Under the pieces are notes generated by a model that did no database searches, was not told the origin of the DNA, and was given only the letters and a program-made list of their open reading frames with translations. A stretch of 63,005 nt of DNA, counting the filler, from Actinomycetota bacterium (GTDB lineage Bacteria > Actinomycetota > Acidimicrobiia > Spongiisociales > UBA4744): assembly GCA_013152275.1 (NCBI GenBank). It is 6 parts of 5 records of this genome, joined end to end, with 100 filler letters (N's around TTAATTAATTAA, not from the genome) between each part and the next. Parts side by side here need not be neighbours in the genome. Positions count along the whole stretch, not along the records: positions 39,582 to 42,918 come from JAADGS010000034.1; positions 43,019 to 54,913 come from JAADGS010000018.1; 4 more parts are not named here. One strand, given 5' to 3'. How positions within the stretch are numbered: position 1 is the first letter of the stretch; every line of letters starts with the position of its first letter. The translations under genes and the position numbers were made by a program. This document shows, piece by piece, positions 40,996-52,207 of the stretch.

Positions 40996-41599
40996 AGAAT
41001 TCGCGGCTGACGCCGGTAAGGCCGTCCGAGACGCCATGGCGCACGTCCGACCTGCCGAGGCGCCTGTCGCGCGATATCGTGGCGAGGGCCGTGGCCGAGC
41101 CGCGGTCGCTGTCGGTGCCTTCGCTGCGACCCTAGTGATTATTGGTTCTGTGGCTGTCTTGTCGGGTGTCATCAACACGGCCGAGGTCGTCCCTCAGACC
41201 AGTCCAGCGGTCACCCTCCAGACCAGTCCAGCGGTCGACGAGCCTTTGACCACCTATGCAGTAGGCGACACCGTGCGGATCAGAACGGACTGTTCAATCG
41301 CCGATCAGATATTGCGGTCCGAATTTGGCGACAGCCTGCCCAAGAAGGGCCAGACTGCTAAGGAGCGTGTCGATGGGCTCTTGGCTGACGCCGTGGTGGT
41401 GTTCGTTGATGCGTTCGGGGCACTCGACGTTCGCGTCATTCCTCGCAACGGCCAAGTTTGGGACGGCCCCGGCAGAGGTGTCTACACCGTTGAAGATGCC
41501 GTCGATTACCAATTCAAAGTGACGCTTGGACCCGATTCGCCGTGCCCCGCAGCACCGTACTCATGGAACGGGATCCCCGTCGTGTTCTTCCGCGAGTAG
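40985..41599 (+). CDS. Single-pass membrane protein, probable anti-sigma partner
   Basis: Overlaps the sigma stop; one transmembrane segment; internal QTSPAV duplication. Confidence 0.6.
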   Translation: MKFEEFAADAGKAVRDAMAHVRPAEAPVARYRGEGRGRAAVAVGAFAATLVIIGSVAVLSGVINTAEVVPQTSPAVTLQTSPAVDEPLTTYAVGDTVRIRTDCSIADQILRSEFGDSLPKKGQTAKERVDGLLADAVVVFVDAFGALDVRVIPRNGQVWDGPGRGVYTVEDAVDYQFKVTLGPDSPCPAAPYSWNGIPVVFFRE

Positions 41600-41619
41600 T
41601 GGAACGCTAAAAGCTTGGC

Positions 41620-41860
41620 GGGAGGGTCCGATCATCTCGTGACCATTCTCGGAGACCCAGCCTGTGAGCGTGTGATAGGCGGGTGCGATCTCTTCGTGGC
41701 ATCCATGGTGGACTGTCGTGGCGATCGTCCCCTTCGAGTTGGTGTGAATACACTTTCGCGTCGCCGGTGAACGCGCCCGAAATCGGCATGCAAATCTCGA
41801 TGTCGCCTTCGGTTTCTTCGTCGATCACATCGTGGTGGACAATCAGAGGGGGTGCCCGAT
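41620..41860 (-). pseudogene. Frameshifted GyrI-like effector-binding domain fragment
   Basis: HHDVIDEETEGDIEICMPI continues in another frame as TIATTVHHGCHEEIAPAYHTLTGWV. Confidence 0.55.
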
Positions 41861-41954
41861 GTTGGAACTCCTTCTCGACCGATAGTGTGTACGAGCGACC
41901 CGAATCCGGCACCGATGTCACTGGCGATCTTGGTGAGGTTGGTCCGTATCCCGA

Positions 41955-42401
41955 TTGCAGCGTCTCGTCCGTGGGCTCGTCGGACGGTCAGTTGCCGAAA
42001 ACGTCACACCACTTGCGACTCCGGTGGGGTCGTTGGTTGATCGGTACGCGACGAGGCCCTCTCGATTTGTGTGGATCGGGAGCGTGTTTCTCGGTGTCGC
42101 GGTCTACTGGCTCTTGGATTGGTTCCGGAGAAGCGAATCTGCCCTGTACCGCGCCGCAGGTGTGCGCAGGGCACATCTCCTGGCTGTGCGCGCATGGGAA
42201 CGGCTGATCGTCGGTGCCAGCTCCTTCGGCACAGCGATCGGCTGCAGTCTCGTTCTCACGAACTCCCCAACCAGCTACAACCTTGCCTCACTCGTTTGGG
42301 CCGATGCTGCCGCGGTCAGCCTCAGCATTCTGGCGGTGTCCATCGCCACGACTCGAACTCTGTCATCCAAACGCCTCGCCGAACTGCTGAAGGACCGATG
42401 A
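41955..42401 (+). pseudogene. C-terminal fragment of a membrane/permease protein
   Basis: Hydrophobic segments, ALYRAAGV, ends LAELLKDR; no convincing start. Confidence 0.35.
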
Positions 42402-42841
42402 ATGCTGCTATCGAGCCGCATTCGCACGGGGGTTTTTGGCCGAAGACATCCTGCAACTCCTTCCCTGCCTCCGAGCATGTCGGCCACGGTGCCGGCACCG
42501 GCCTGACGAAAAGTCAGGCGATGACCTGGCCGCCATGCCGCAGCAAACGCCCAGTTCCTGATAGGCCTGCGACGTTTCGTCCAATCCGGACACATAAACC
42601 TCAATGGTTACGGCCACCAGGGAGAGTTGGCCCCATGTTGCATCTTGCACGGTCGCCCAACCGCCTCTTAAGGGCGCGGTCGTTTCTTCTGTTGGACTCT
42701 TGTGGACCCGAACCGGCCGCTCTCCGATTGAGCTTCCCCCGTTCCCTCGGTTTCCCGGAGGAACGGGGGAAGATCACTTATCTATTTGTCGTAGGTGTCG
42801 ACGTTTATGGTGGGGGAGTGTGATATTGAGTGGGAGTTCTG

Positions 42842-42918
42842 ATGGTCCGGTCGAGGCGTTTTGTTGTGTATTTGGTGGTTGTGGGCATGATGTTGTCTGC
42901 GTTCACTGTCGTGGCGTT
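42842..42918 (+). CDS. 5' end (signal peptide) of a secreted protein, truncated by the gap
   Basis: GGGAG RBS; MVRSRRFVVYLVVVGMMLSAFTVVA. Confidence 0.45.
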
Positions 42919-43018
42919 NNNNNNNNNNNNNNNNNNNNNNNNNNNNNNNNNNNNNNNNNNNNTTAATTAATTAANNNNNNNNNNNNNNNNNNNNNNNNNN
43001 NNNNNNNNNNNNNNNNNN
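42919..43018. other. Artificial contig spacer
   Basis: N-run with TTAATTAATTAA. Confidence 0.98.
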
Positions 43019-43068
43019 CGCGCCTGGCACCTTGACCGGACGTCGGATCGAACAACAAAGGAGTGGCC

Positions 43069-43324
43069 ATGCAACACGTCGTTCCCGTCGATCAGCTCGA
43101 GGACTACATCGGGCGTGATATCGGTGTCTCCGACTGGGTGACGATCGATCAGGCGCGCGTCGACGCGTTCGCCGACACGACCCTCGACCATCAGTTCATC
43201 CACGTGGACCCGGAACGGGCCAAGGCGACACCCTGGGGTACGACGATCGCCCAGGGGTTCCTGACGCTGTCGCCGGTTCCGAACCTTCTGTCCTCGACCG
43301 GCATCGTTCCCGAGGGGACCGTGA
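43069..43324 (+). pseudogene. MaoC-family dehydratase, N-terminal half only
   Basis: [31 protein letters not shown]; similarity stops where the family-B repeat begins. Confidence 0.75.
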
Positions 43325-43377
43325 TTGAACCCAGGGCTCAGGGGGGTCGCCACGACCCCCCTGAGCCCTGGGTTCAA
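43325..43377. repeat. Palindromic repeat, family B
   Basis: TTGAACCCAGGGCTCAGGGGGGTCG-CCA-CGACCCCCCTGAGCCCTGGGTTCAA. Confidence 0.88.
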
Positions 43378-43490
43378 CGGAGAGGGCGTGTCGCGGGCCC
43401 CCGATCGGTACCATGTCGCAGACCCTCGCCAAACGGGACGGCGCCCAGTCTGGCGTCTGAACTCCCGGCAACGTCTACCCGGGTGGGCCA

Positions 43491-44075
43491 ATGGGAACTT
43501 GTAGCGTCCTCGTCATCGACAACTACGACTCGTTCACCTTCAACCTGGTGCAGATCTTCGGATCGCTGGGATGCGCACCCATCGTGGTCAGAAACGACGC
43601 CGTGACACTGCGGGACGTGGAAGCGGCCAAACCGGATCGCATCGTCATCTCCCCGGGTCCGGGCACGCCCGACCAGGCGGGCATCAGCATCGCCACCATC
43701 GTCGAGTTCGGACCCAAGATCCCCACGCTTGGAGTCTGCCTCGGCCACCAGTGCATCGCGGAGGCCTACGGAGGCACCGTCACACGCGCCCGCCGGGTGG
43801 TACACGGCAAGACGTCGCACATCGTTCACGACGGTGCGGGCATCTTCGCCGGGCTTCCTTCGCCGTTCGAAGCGGCCCGCTACCACTCGCTCGTCATCGA
43901 AGAGGCCGACGTGCCGTCGTGCCTGGCCGTGTCGAGCCGCAGCGACGACGGCACGGTGATGGGTGTGCGACACCGCGAGTTTCCGATCGAGGGCATCCAG
44001 TTCCATCCCGAGTCGTTCATGACCGACCAGGGCCGTCGGCTCCTGGCCAACTTCGTGAGAACGTCCGGCCGATGA
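43491..44075 (+). CDS. pabA: Aminodeoxychorismate/anthranilate synthase glutamine amidotransferase component
   Basis: [31 protein letters not shown]. Confidence 0.8.
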   Translation: MGTCSVLVIDNYDSFTFNLVQIFGSLGCAPIVVRNDAVTLRDVEAAKPDRIVISPGPGTPDQAGISIATIVEFGPKIPTLGVCLGHQCIAEAYGGTVTRARRVVHGKTSHIVHDGAGIFAGLPSPFEAARYHSLVIEEADVPSCLAVSSRSDDGTVMGVRHREFPIEGIQFHPESFMTDQGRRLLANFVRTSGR

Positions 44076-45481
44076 GACCCACCGAGCTGTCTGTCACCGT
44101 CGTCCCTCTTCCCGGCAGTCGCCCACTGGTGGAGTACTTCGAGACCGAAGCCGGACGCGGGCCCACATGCCTGCTGGATTCCAGTCGCCAGGACGCGGGA
44201 CAAGGCCGCTACTCGTTCCTGGGCCTCGACCCGTACCTCGTGCTGACCGCCAAGGGCACGGCCGGACGCATCGCTCATCGCGGCGGTAGCGTCGAGGAGA
44301 TCGACGGAGATCCCTTCGCCGTCCTCGGGGCGCTGCTCGCCGACAGGACGATCCGGCCGACCGAGCTGCCAACCGGCGCACCCCCGTTCCTCGGTGGAGC
44401 GATCGGTTTCCTCGGCTACGAGCTCAACCGGCGCCTCGAAGAACTGCCTTCGACCGTCCTCGACGACCTCGGCCTCCCTGATCTGGCCTTCTGCTTCTTC
44501 GACACGGTCGTGGCGCAGGACCACGCGACCGGCGTGACGAACCTGATCGTCACGCTTCCTCGGAGCGTCGACCCCGCACCGGTGATCGAGACGGCGCTGA
44601 GCCGTCTTGGCTCCGTGCGATCTTCCCGTGTCGGCGAGCGCGCCACGGACCGTGACTTCACCGCAAGTTTCACCCGGGCCGGCTACATCGACGCGGTGCG
44701 CCGGGTCAAGGAGTACATCTACGCGGGCGACATCTACCAGGCGAACCTGTCGCAACGGTTTCGCGCGCCCGTCGATGCGCCCTGGCAGCTGTACCGGCGC
44801 CTCCGATCTCTCAACCCGGCCCCGTTCGGCGCGTTCCTCGACTTCGCCGACTTCCAGGTGGCTTCCTCTTCCCCTGAACGATTCCTGCGGGTCGACGGAC
44901 GCCACGTCGAGACGCGGCCGATCAAGGGAACCCGGCGCCGGTCGCAGGATCCGGCGGTGGACGAGCGGTTGCGAGAAGAGCTGGGAGCCAGCCCCAAGGA
45001 TCATGCGGAGCTGTCGATGATCGTCGACGTGGAACGCAACGACCTGGGACGAGTCTGCGAGTACGGCAGTGTGCAGGTGGTCGAACATGCCGTCCTGGAA
45101 TCGTATGCGACGGTGCACCACCTCGTCTCGACGGTGCGGGGCCGTCTCCGCCCGGGACTCGACGTCATCGATCTGCTGCGGGCATCGTTCCCGAGCGGAT
45201 CGGTGACCGGAGCACCCAAGATCCGGGCGATGGAGATCATCGACGAGCTCGAACCGACGGCGCGCAGTGTCTACACGGGCGCCGTCGGCTATCTCGGTTT
45301 CAACGGAACCCATGAGCTGAACGTCGCGATCCGAACCATGATCATCCGTGACGGCTGGGGGTACGCGCAGGTCGGCGGAGGCATCGTCGCCGACAGTGAC
45401 CCGCAAGCCGAGTACCAGGAGACGCTCGACAAGGGCGAGGCGATGTTCGAGGCGCTGCTGACGAGCGGGCGGCGATCATGA
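44072..45481 (+). CDS. pabB: Aminodeoxychorismate synthase component I
   Basis: SSSPERFL, TRPIKGT, GSVTGAPKIRAM. Confidence 0.85.
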   Translation: MRPTELSVTVVPLPGSRPLVEYFETEAGRGPTCLLDSSRQDAGQGRYSFLGLDPYLVLTAKGTAGRIAHRGGSVEEIDGDPFAVLGALLADRTIRPTELPTGAPPFLGGAIGFLGYELNRRLEELPSTVLDDLGLPDLAFCFFDTVVAQDHATGVTNLIVTLPRSVDPAPVIETALSRLGSVRSSRVGERATDRDFTASFTRAGYIDAVRRVKEYIYAGDIYQANLSQRFRAPVDAPWQLYRRLRSLNPAPFGAFLDFADFQVASSSPERFLRVDGRHVETRPIKGTRRRSQDPAVDERLREELGASPKDHAELSMIVDVERNDLGRVCEYGSVQVVEHAVLESYATVHHLVSTVRGRLRPGLDVIDLLRASFPSGSVTGAPKIRAMEIIDELEPTARSVYTGAVGYLGFNGTHELNVAIRTMIIRDGWGYAQVGGGIVADSDPQAEYQETLDKGEAMFEALLTSGRRS

Positions 45482-46341
45482 CCGGCGAGCTGGTGTTCTT
45501 CGACGGGCAACTGGTGCCCCGCGACGAGGCCCGGGTACCGATCGATGACCGGACCGTGCTGTACGGCGACGGGGTGTTCGAGACGATCCGGGCGTATCGG
45601 GGCGTACCGTTCCGCCTCCACCGCCATCTGAAACGCCTCGAGACCGGGTGCCGGACGCTGCGTCTCGACTGCCCTGTACAGACCGGAGACATCGTCGCAG
45701 CCGTCGACGAGCTGCTTCGCGTCAACCGGCTCGAAGCGGTCGATGCCGTCGTGCGGATCACGGTCACCGGCGGTCGATCGTGCGGCCCCACCGGGCTCGA
45801 GCGCGCCGGCCCCTCGTCGCTCCTGATCACCGCGACGGACTATCACCGTCGCTCGCAACGTTCCGGAGGCGGGGTCTCCCTGGACATCTCGCCGATCCGG
45901 CGAGATCCTTCGTCACCACTGACGGGAATCAAGTCGACGAGTTTCATGAGCTCTCTGCTCGCCAAGCAGGCGGCTCGGGACGCCGGGGCGGACGACGCCG
46001 TGATGCTCACACCGACAGGGCATGTCTCGGAGGCGACTGCGGCCAACATATTCTGGGTGGCCGCCGGGGTGCTGTTCACCCCCGACGTCGGCTGCGGGCT
46101 GCTGCCGGGTATCACCCGCGAGGCCGTCATCGAGATCGCCACCGGTAAGGGTGTCGAATGCCGGTTCGTGACGAGCGGCATCGAGGAGCTACTCGGCGCG
46201 GACGAGGTGTTCCTGACCAACAGTCTCGTGGAGGTCGCGCCGGTGTCGGCGATCGCCGGGCGAACTTTCGCCGTTCCCGGACCGGTCACGACTTTGCTTG
46301 GGAAACGCTACGGAGACCTCGTACGCACCGCATCTCATTGA
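45478..46341 (+). CDS. Aminotransferase class IV (aminodeoxychorismate lyase-like)
   Basis: YGDGVFETIR, HLKRL, LLPGITRE, EVFLTNS. Confidence 0.8.
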   Translation: MTGELVFFDGQLVPRDEARVPIDDRTVLYGDGVFETIRAYRGVPFRLHRHLKRLETGCRTLRLDCPVQTGDIVAAVDELLRVNRLEAVDAVVRITVTGGRSCGPTGLERAGPSSLLITATDYHRRSQRSGGGVSLDISPIRRDPSSPLTGIKSTSFMSSLLAKQAARDAGADDAVMLTPTGHVSEATAANIFWVAAGVLFTPDVGCGLLPGITREAVIEIATGKGVECRFVTSGIEELLGADEVFLTNSLVEVAPVSAIAGRTFAVPGPVTTLLGKRYGDLVRTASH

Positions 46342-46390
46342 ACCCAGGGCTCGTAGGGGTCGCCACGACCCCCCTGAGCCCTGGGTTCAA
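46338..46390. repeat. Palindromic repeat, family B, between convergent genes
   Basis: TTGAACCCAGGGCTCGTAGGGGTCG...CCCTGAGCCCTGGGTTCAA. Confidence 0.88.
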
Positions 46391-49300
46391 CGTTCAGGGG
46401 GTGTCCGTTGGTGGTAGTGCTGCAGCGACTCGACGTCGGTCACGGCGTCATACCCCGATTGGAGACTCTGCGCGACTGCCAGGCCACCCTTGATGGTGGT
46501 GATGCACGGCACCTTGTTGCGGGTGGCGGCCCGCCGGATCAGGCCACCGTCCCCGCGGGCTCGCCGACCCCGTGGCGTGTTGATCACGAGGGAGATCAGG
46601 CCTTCCTCGACGAGGCGAACCGGATCCCACGGCCCGTCGCCGACCTTGTCGACGTGGGAGGCGGCGACCCCGTTGTGGATCAGGTACTCGCTGGTCCCGT
46701 GGGTCGCCAGGATGCGGAACCCGAGGTCGGCGAAGATACGGCCGACCTGCAAACCGGCCGGCTTGTCGCGGTCGGCGAGCGAAATGAACAGGGTGCCGTC
46801 GGTCGGTATCGCGTGACCGCTTCCCAGGAGCGCCTTCGCGTAGGCGGCACCAACGGAGCCGGCCAGCCCCATCACCTCTCCGGTCGCCCGCATCTCCGGT
46901 CCGAGAATCGTGTCTTCTGCGGGGAAACGAGGCCACGGCAGCACCGCCTCCTTCACCGCCACGAACGTGGGCGCCACGCCGTCTCGATCAGGGAGGAGAC
47001 CGATGCCGCGAAGGTCGGCGAGGGTCTCGCCGAGCATGACCCTCGATGCCACCTTCGCCAGCGGTACGCCGGTCGCCTTGGACACGAACGGGATGGTTCT
47101 CGAAGCCCGCGGGTTGGCTTCGAGGACAAACACGTCCTCACCCTTGACCGCGAACTGGATGTTGAGCAGACCGCACACGTCGAGGCCTCTGGCCAGTTTC
47201 TCCGTGTAGTCGAGGATGCGTTCGCGAGCCTCGGGCGGCAGCGTCATCGGAGGCAAGACACATGCCGAGTCGCCCGAATGCACGCCGGCCTCCTCGACGT
47301 GCTCCATCACGCCGCCAACGTAGAGCTCATGACCGTCGAACACCGCGTCGAGATCCACTTCGGTGGCACCTTCGAGGAACCGGTCGATCAGCAGTGGCGC
47401 CTCGTTGAAGCCCGTCTCGTCGCCCAGCGAGTTACCGGCGAACTCGTCGAGGTACGTCGACAACTCGTCGCCCGTGTAGACGATGCGCATGGCCCGTCCC
47501 CCAAGGACATACGATGGCCGGACCAGAACCGGGAAACCGACGGTGTCTGCGATGTCCTGCGCCTGGGCGCGTGACATCGCCGTGCCGTGTGGTGGCTGGG
47601 GGATCTCGAGCCTGCCGCACAGGGCGGAGAATCGTTCCCTGTCCTCGGCGACGTCGATGGCGTCGGGCGATGTGCCGGCGATCGGGACGCCTGCCGCCTG
47701 AAGTGGACGGGCGAGGCGCAGCGGTGTCTGACCACCGAGCTGGACGACCACCGCGTGGGGCTTCTCCTTGTCGATCACGGCAAGGACGTCCTCGACGGTG
47801 AGCGGCTCGAAGTAGAGACGGTCGGAGGTGTCATAGTCGGTCGAGACGGTCTCCGGGTTGCAGTTGATCATGACGGTCTCGTAACCGGCGTCCTTGAGAG
47901 CGAGTGAAGCGTGGACGCAGCAGTAGTCGAACTCGATCCCCTGACCGATCCGGTTGGGACCCGACCCCAGCACGATGACGGTCCGGTCGCCGGGGGGAGG
48001 TGTCTCATCCTCCTCTTCGTACGTGCCGTAGAAGTACGGTGTCTGGGCCGCGAACTCGGCCGCACACGTGTCGACCGTCTTGAACGTGGGGGCGATGCCC
48101 CAATCTCTGAGCCTGGCCCGAACCGTCTGCTCGTCGTCGCCCCACAGGTAGGCGAGCTGCGCGTCGCTGAACCCCGCACGCTTGGCCGCCCGGGCGATCG
48201 CCGGCGCAGCCTCGGAGGCCTCGAGCTCGAGACGAAGCTCGACGATGCCGGCGATCTCGTCGATGAACCAGGGGTCGATCGACGTGAGGTCCGCCAGCCG
48301 GTCGACTTCGACGCCGCGCCGTAACAGCTCTGCGACCACGAAGAGCCGCCCGGGGGAGGGCACCGTCAGGCGGTCGAGAAGCACTTGGGTCTCGGCAGCC
48401 AACAGTTGCGTCTCGGCCGGATCGGCGTTCAATCCGACGTGGCCCGTCTCGAGGCTTCGTAACGCCTTCTGGAGCGCTTCGGGAAACGTGCGGCCGATGG
48501 CCATCGCCTCACCGACGCTCTGCATCGACGTGCCCAGCGCCGGTGGCACCGACGGGAACTTGGCGAAATCGAAGCGGGGAGCCTTGACGACCACGTAGTC
48601 GAGCACCGGCTCGAACGAGGCGGGCGTGACCCCGGTGATGTCGTTACGAATCTCGTCGAGGGTGTAGCCGACAGCGAGCAAGGTGGCGATCTTGGCGATG
48701 GGGAACCCGGTCGCCTTCGACGCCAACGCCGACGAGCGAGACACCCGCGGGTTCATCTCCACGATGATGCGGCGGCCCGTGGCCGGATCGACGGCGAACT
48801 GCACGTTGGAGCCGCCCGTCTCGACACCGATCGCTCGCAGGCAGGCGATCGCGTCGTCGCGCATCTCCTGGTACTCGCGGTCGGACAGGGTCATCGCCGG
48901 AGCCACGGTGACCGAGTCGCCGGTGTGCACACCCATCGGGTCGAGATTCTCGATCGAGCACACGACGACGGCGTTGTCGTTGGCGTCGCGCATCACCTCG
49001 AGTTCGTACTCCTTCCAACCGATGATCGCCTCTTCGACGATCGCCTCACGGACCGGTGAGGCGTCGAGGCCGGCCGTGACGATGGCGCGAAACTCGGCCT
49101 CGTCGTGGGCGATGCCGGTACCGCCACCCCCGAGGATGAAACTCGGACGGATCATGGCCGGATACCCGAGTTCGGCGACGGCCTCCAGCGCCTCGTCCAG
49201 CGTCTTCACATATGCGGATTTGGCGGTGCTCATCCCGATCGAGTTCATGATCGTCTTGAACCGTCCACGGTCCTCTGCCGCTTCGATCGCGTCGAGCCCG

Positions 49301-49653
49301 GCGCCGATCAGCTGAACGGAGTACTTTGTCAGCACGCCGAGACGGGCGAGTTCCATCGTGATGTTGAGAGCCGTCTGGCCGCCGAGGGTCGGCAGGAGGG
49401 CGTCCGGCCGTTCCCGGGCGATGATCATTTCGAGGACGTCGGCGGTGATCGGCTCGACATAGGTGGCATCGGCGAACTCGGGATCGGTCATGATCGTTGC
49501 CGGATTCGAGTTGACGAGCACGGTCCGATAGCCCTGCTCGCGCAGCACCTTCACGGCCTGGGTGCCCGAGTAGTCGAACTCGCATCCCTGTCCGATCACG
49601 ATCGGGCCGGATCCGATGACCAGGACCGACCGCAGATCGTCGCGCCGGGGCAT
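46387..49653 (-). CDS. carB: Carbamoyl-phosphate synthase large subunit
   Basis: [33 protein letters not shown]-terminal MGS domain. Confidence 0.97.
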   Translation of the reverse strand: MPRRDDLRSVLVIGSGPIVIGQGCEFDYSGTQAVKVLREQGYRTVLVNSNPATIMTDPEFADATYVEPITADVLEMIIARERPDALLPTLGGQTALNITMELARLGVLTKYSVQLIGAGLDAIEAAEDRGRFKTIMNSIGMSTAKSAYVKTLDEALEAVAELGYPAMIRPSFILGGGGTGIAHDEAEFRAIVTAGLDASPVREAIVEEAIIGWKEYELEVMRDANDNAVVVCSIENLDPMGVHTGDSVTVAPAMTLSDREYQEMRDDAIACLRAIGVETGGSNVQFAVDPATGRRIIVEMNPRVSRSSALASKATGFPIAKIATLLAVGYTLDEIRNDITGVTPASFEPVLDYVVVKAPRFDFAKFPSVPPALGTSMQSVGEAMAIGRTFPEALQKALRSLETGHVGLNADPAETQLLAAETQVLLDRLTVPSPGRLFVVAELLRRGVEVDRLADLTSIDPWFIDEIAGIVELRLELEASEAAPAIARAAKRAGFSDAQLAYLWGDDEQTVRARLRDWGIAPTFKTVDTCAAEFAAQTPYFYGTYEEEDETPPPGDRTVIVLGSGPNRIGQGIEFDYCCVHASLALKDAGYETVMINCNPETVSTDYDTSDRLYFEPLTVEDVLAVIDKEKPHAVVVQLGGQTPLRLARPLQAAGVPIAGTSPDAIDVAEDRERFSALCGRLEIPQPPHGTAMSRAQAQDIADTVGFPVLVRPSYVLGGRAMRIVYTGDELSTYLDEFAGNSLGDETGFNEAPLLIDRFLEGATEVDLDAVFDGHELYVGGVMEHVEEAGVHSGDSACVLPPMTLPPEARERILDYTEKLARGLDVCGLLNIQFAVKGEDVFVLEANPRASRTIPFVSKATGVPLAKVASRVMLGETLADLRGIGLLPDRDGVAPTFVAVKEAVLPWPRFPAEDTILGPEMRATGEVMGLAGSVGAAYAKALLGSGHAIPTDGTLFISLADRDKPAGLQVGRIFADLGFRILATHGTSEYLIHNGVAASHVDKVGDGPWDPVRLVEEGLISLVINTPRGRRARGDGGLIRRAATRNKVPCITTIKGGLAVAQSLQSGYDAVTDVESLQHYHQRTPPER

Positions 49654-50804
49654 TACCTCACTCCCAGCATCGAGACGAAATCGTCGAAGAGGTGCTGTGC
49701 GTCGTTGGGGCCCGGGGCGGCCTCGGGGTGGTATTGGACCGAGAACGCGGCGATGTCCCGGCATGCCAGACCTTCGAGCGTTCCATCGTTCAGGTTCTGA
49801 TGGGTCGCCACGACCGACCCGAAGGCGGATTCGACATCTCGCGGAAGGAGGTGAGGGCCGGGAAGACCTTCGCGGGTCGGCGGGTCCTGGTCGGTGAGCG
49901 ACCAGAGGTCGACGGCGAACCCATGGTTCTGGGCGGTGATCTCAACCCGTCCACGGTCGAGAAGCCGCACCGGATGGTTGCCTCCGTGGTGGCCGAACGG
50001 CAGCTTGTACGTCGTCGCGCCGAGCGCAAGCCCGAGCACCTGGTGGCCGAGGCAGATGCCGAACACCGGGGTCTTGCCGAGGAGGCCGCGTACCGTTTCC
50101 GTCGTTGCGACAAGCGGCTCCGGGTCGCCGGGACCATTGGAGAGGAATACCCCTGAAGGATCCAACGCGAGCACATCCGCGGCCGGCGTCGTGGCGGGCA
50201 CAACGTGAACTTCAAGCCCGTGGCCTGCCAGCGACGTGAGGATGTCCTTCTTGATGCCGAGGTCGATCGCGACCACCCGGCCGATCGGATCGCCGGTGGG
50301 GTCGATCCGGTACGGCTCGGCGGTCGTGACATCGTCACAGAGGTTACGGTTCGCCATCGACGGCGCCTCTCGCGCCGCCTGTGCGAGGTCGCCGATCGAA
50401 ACGTCGGTACCTATCGCCGCCGGCATGGCGCCGCGATCCCGGACGTGTCGGGCGAGCCGCCTCGTGTCGACGTCGGTGAGGGAGACGACCCCCCGGCTCC
50501 GGAGCCACTCACGAAACGAGCCGGTCGACCTCCAATTCGAGTCTCTGCGGGCCATCGACCGGGTCACCAGCCCCGTGCAGTAGGGGCGGGGTGCCTGGTC
50601 GTCCTCCGGGCTGACGCCGTAGTTGCCGATGTGAGGCGCCGTCATCGCGACGATTTGGCCCGCGTATGACGGATCGGTCATGATTTCCTGATACCCGGTC
50701 ATCGCGGTGTTGAACACGATCTCACCGGTGGCGACCCCGTCGGCGCCCACGGCGATGCCGGAAAAAACGGTGCCGTCGGCGAGCACGAGTGCGCCGGCGG
50801 TCAT
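49653..50804 (-). CDS. carA: Carbamoyl-phosphate synthase small subunit
   Basis: [30 protein letters not shown]. Confidence 0.97.
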   Translation of the reverse strand: MTAGALVLADGTVFSGIAVGADGVATGEIVFNTAMTGYQEIMTDPSYAGQIVAMTAPHIGNYGVSPEDDQAPRPYCTGLVTRSMARRDSNWRSTGSFREWLRSRGVVSLTDVDTRRLARHVRDRGAMPAAIGTDVSIGDLAQAAREAPSMANRNLCDDVTTAEPYRIDPTGDPIGRVVAIDLGIKKDILTSLAGHGLEVHVVPATTPAADVLALDPSGVFLSNGPGDPEPLVATTETVRGLLGKTPVFGICLGHQVLGLALGATTYKLPFGHHGGNHPVRLLDRGRVEITAQNHGFAVDLWSLTDQDPPTREGLPGPHLLPRDVESAFGSVVATHQNLNDGTLEGLACRDIAAFSVQYHPEAAPGPNDAQHLFDDFVSMLGVR

Positions 50805-51046
50805 CGGAGAGTCTCGAACATGCTGCCCATCCTTTCCGGCCTCACGGGACCGGACTTAAAGACTGGTTGCACCGAGTATAGGGATCGCCATCATCGATCC
50901 CGCGCCACGGTGCGCTCGGGTGCCATCGGAGGCCGTGCACCTGCGGGCACTTTGTCTTCGGTTCTCGCCCCGGCGCGGACCTTGCCCACGATGTCGAACC
51001 TGCTGCTCGTGTTCACGCCTGTCGGCCGCGGCGTACGCTCCCGGGT

Positions 51047-51553
51047 CTACGAATCTCGATCGGCGCATGTCCCCTGGGTGTCCGGGTTGATGAACAGGCT
51101 GGTCGTGATCGAGATCGAGTCGCGGATCGAACGCGCGACCGGGCACTTGTCGGCGTGGAAGCCAAGCACCCGCTCCACCGTCTCGCGCTGTGCCTCTCGC
51201 ACACCGGTGAGGGTGTAGGTGACGTGGATGCGTCGTACGACGAGTACGCCACCGTCGTCCTCGATCTCACCGACCACGTCGGCGGTGAGCACTCCGCCAC
51301 TTGTGTTGATGCCACGCGCCTCCAGCGCGCCCCCGAAGGTCCCGGTCAGTCACCCGCCTGCGGCGGCGACCAGGTAGTCGATCGTGGTGGTCGCCTGCGG
51401 GTAGTCGTGCGGTCCCACTCCATAGTGGTGCGCGACCTCGGAGTGCAGACCGAACGTGGTCGGTTCTTCGCTGCCTGGCAGCCAGGCCCGCCGAATCGGG
51501 CCATGGAGCTTCTCGATACGGCTCTTCGAGCGATAGACGACGTTGTCACTCAT
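51047..51553 (-). CDS. OsmC-family protein with an in-frame UGA (probable selenocysteine) at 51350-51352
   Basis: DYLVAAAGG-UGA-LTGTFGGALEARG in one frame, continuing to KCPVARS. Confidence 0.75.
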
Positions 51554-51697
51554 GTGCTCACCTCTGGCGGCGAGCGTAGCGTGATGCGGATCGTTGGTCA
51601 CGTGCCAGGGTGCAGAACCGTCGCGCCGCGTCGAGACGGCTTCAAGATCCGACCAGGCCTGTGCGAGCGTTACCAGATGAACGCGGCGGGCGGGTGA

Positions 51698-52207
51698 TTA
51701 CACGAAGAGTTGGATGTCTGCATCCGCTGCGAAGTCGAGGAAGGCGGCCGCTCCGGCGACATTGCACCCGTCGATGAGGTCCGACTCCTGCACGCCCATG
51801 ATGCCCATCGATGTGGAGCAGGCGAAGAAGGTCACGTTCAGTGCCTGGTTCATCTCGATGAACTCGGCGATGGTCGGCATGTTGGCGTTCTTCATCCACT
51901 TTTTCAGCATGGTCGTGGCAGCCGTCGTCGCACCCGGAATCACACCGACCAGACTGGGTACCTGAAACGGACCGGACGGATTGGCGAGCGGTGCCACCTT
52001 GAGCTTGTCGAAGCGGTCCTTGTGCAGGATGTCGAGTCCGTAGAAGGTGAAGTAGATTCCGACTTCCCATCCGAGACTCGCTGCGGTCGCCGCCAGAATG
52101 AGTGGCGGGTACGCCTGGTCGAGGGTTCCTTTGGACGCGATCAGGGCCAGCCGTTTGCGGCGAGCCGTCTCCTCGGCGGTCTCGTGCTCGTGGGGGAGAT
52201 CGGTCAT
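51698..52207 (-). CDS. DsrE/DsrF/DrsH-like protein (DsrE2 type)
   Basis: SKGTLDQAYPPLILA, FTFYGL, FFACSTSM. Confidence 0.85.
   Translation of the reverse strand: MTDLPHEHETAEETARRKRLALIASKGTLDQAYPPLILAATAASLGWEVGIYFTFYGLDILHKDRFDKLKVAPLANPSGPFQVPSLVGVIPGATTAATTMLKKWMKNANMPTIAEFIEMNQALNVTFFACSTSMGIMGVQESDLIDGCNVAGAAAFLDFAADADIQLFV

Noticed and set aside
43491..46341. pab genes as part of a secondary-metabolite cluster
   Set aside because: No PKS, NRPS or tailoring genes nearby; folate precursor supply is sufficient explanation.
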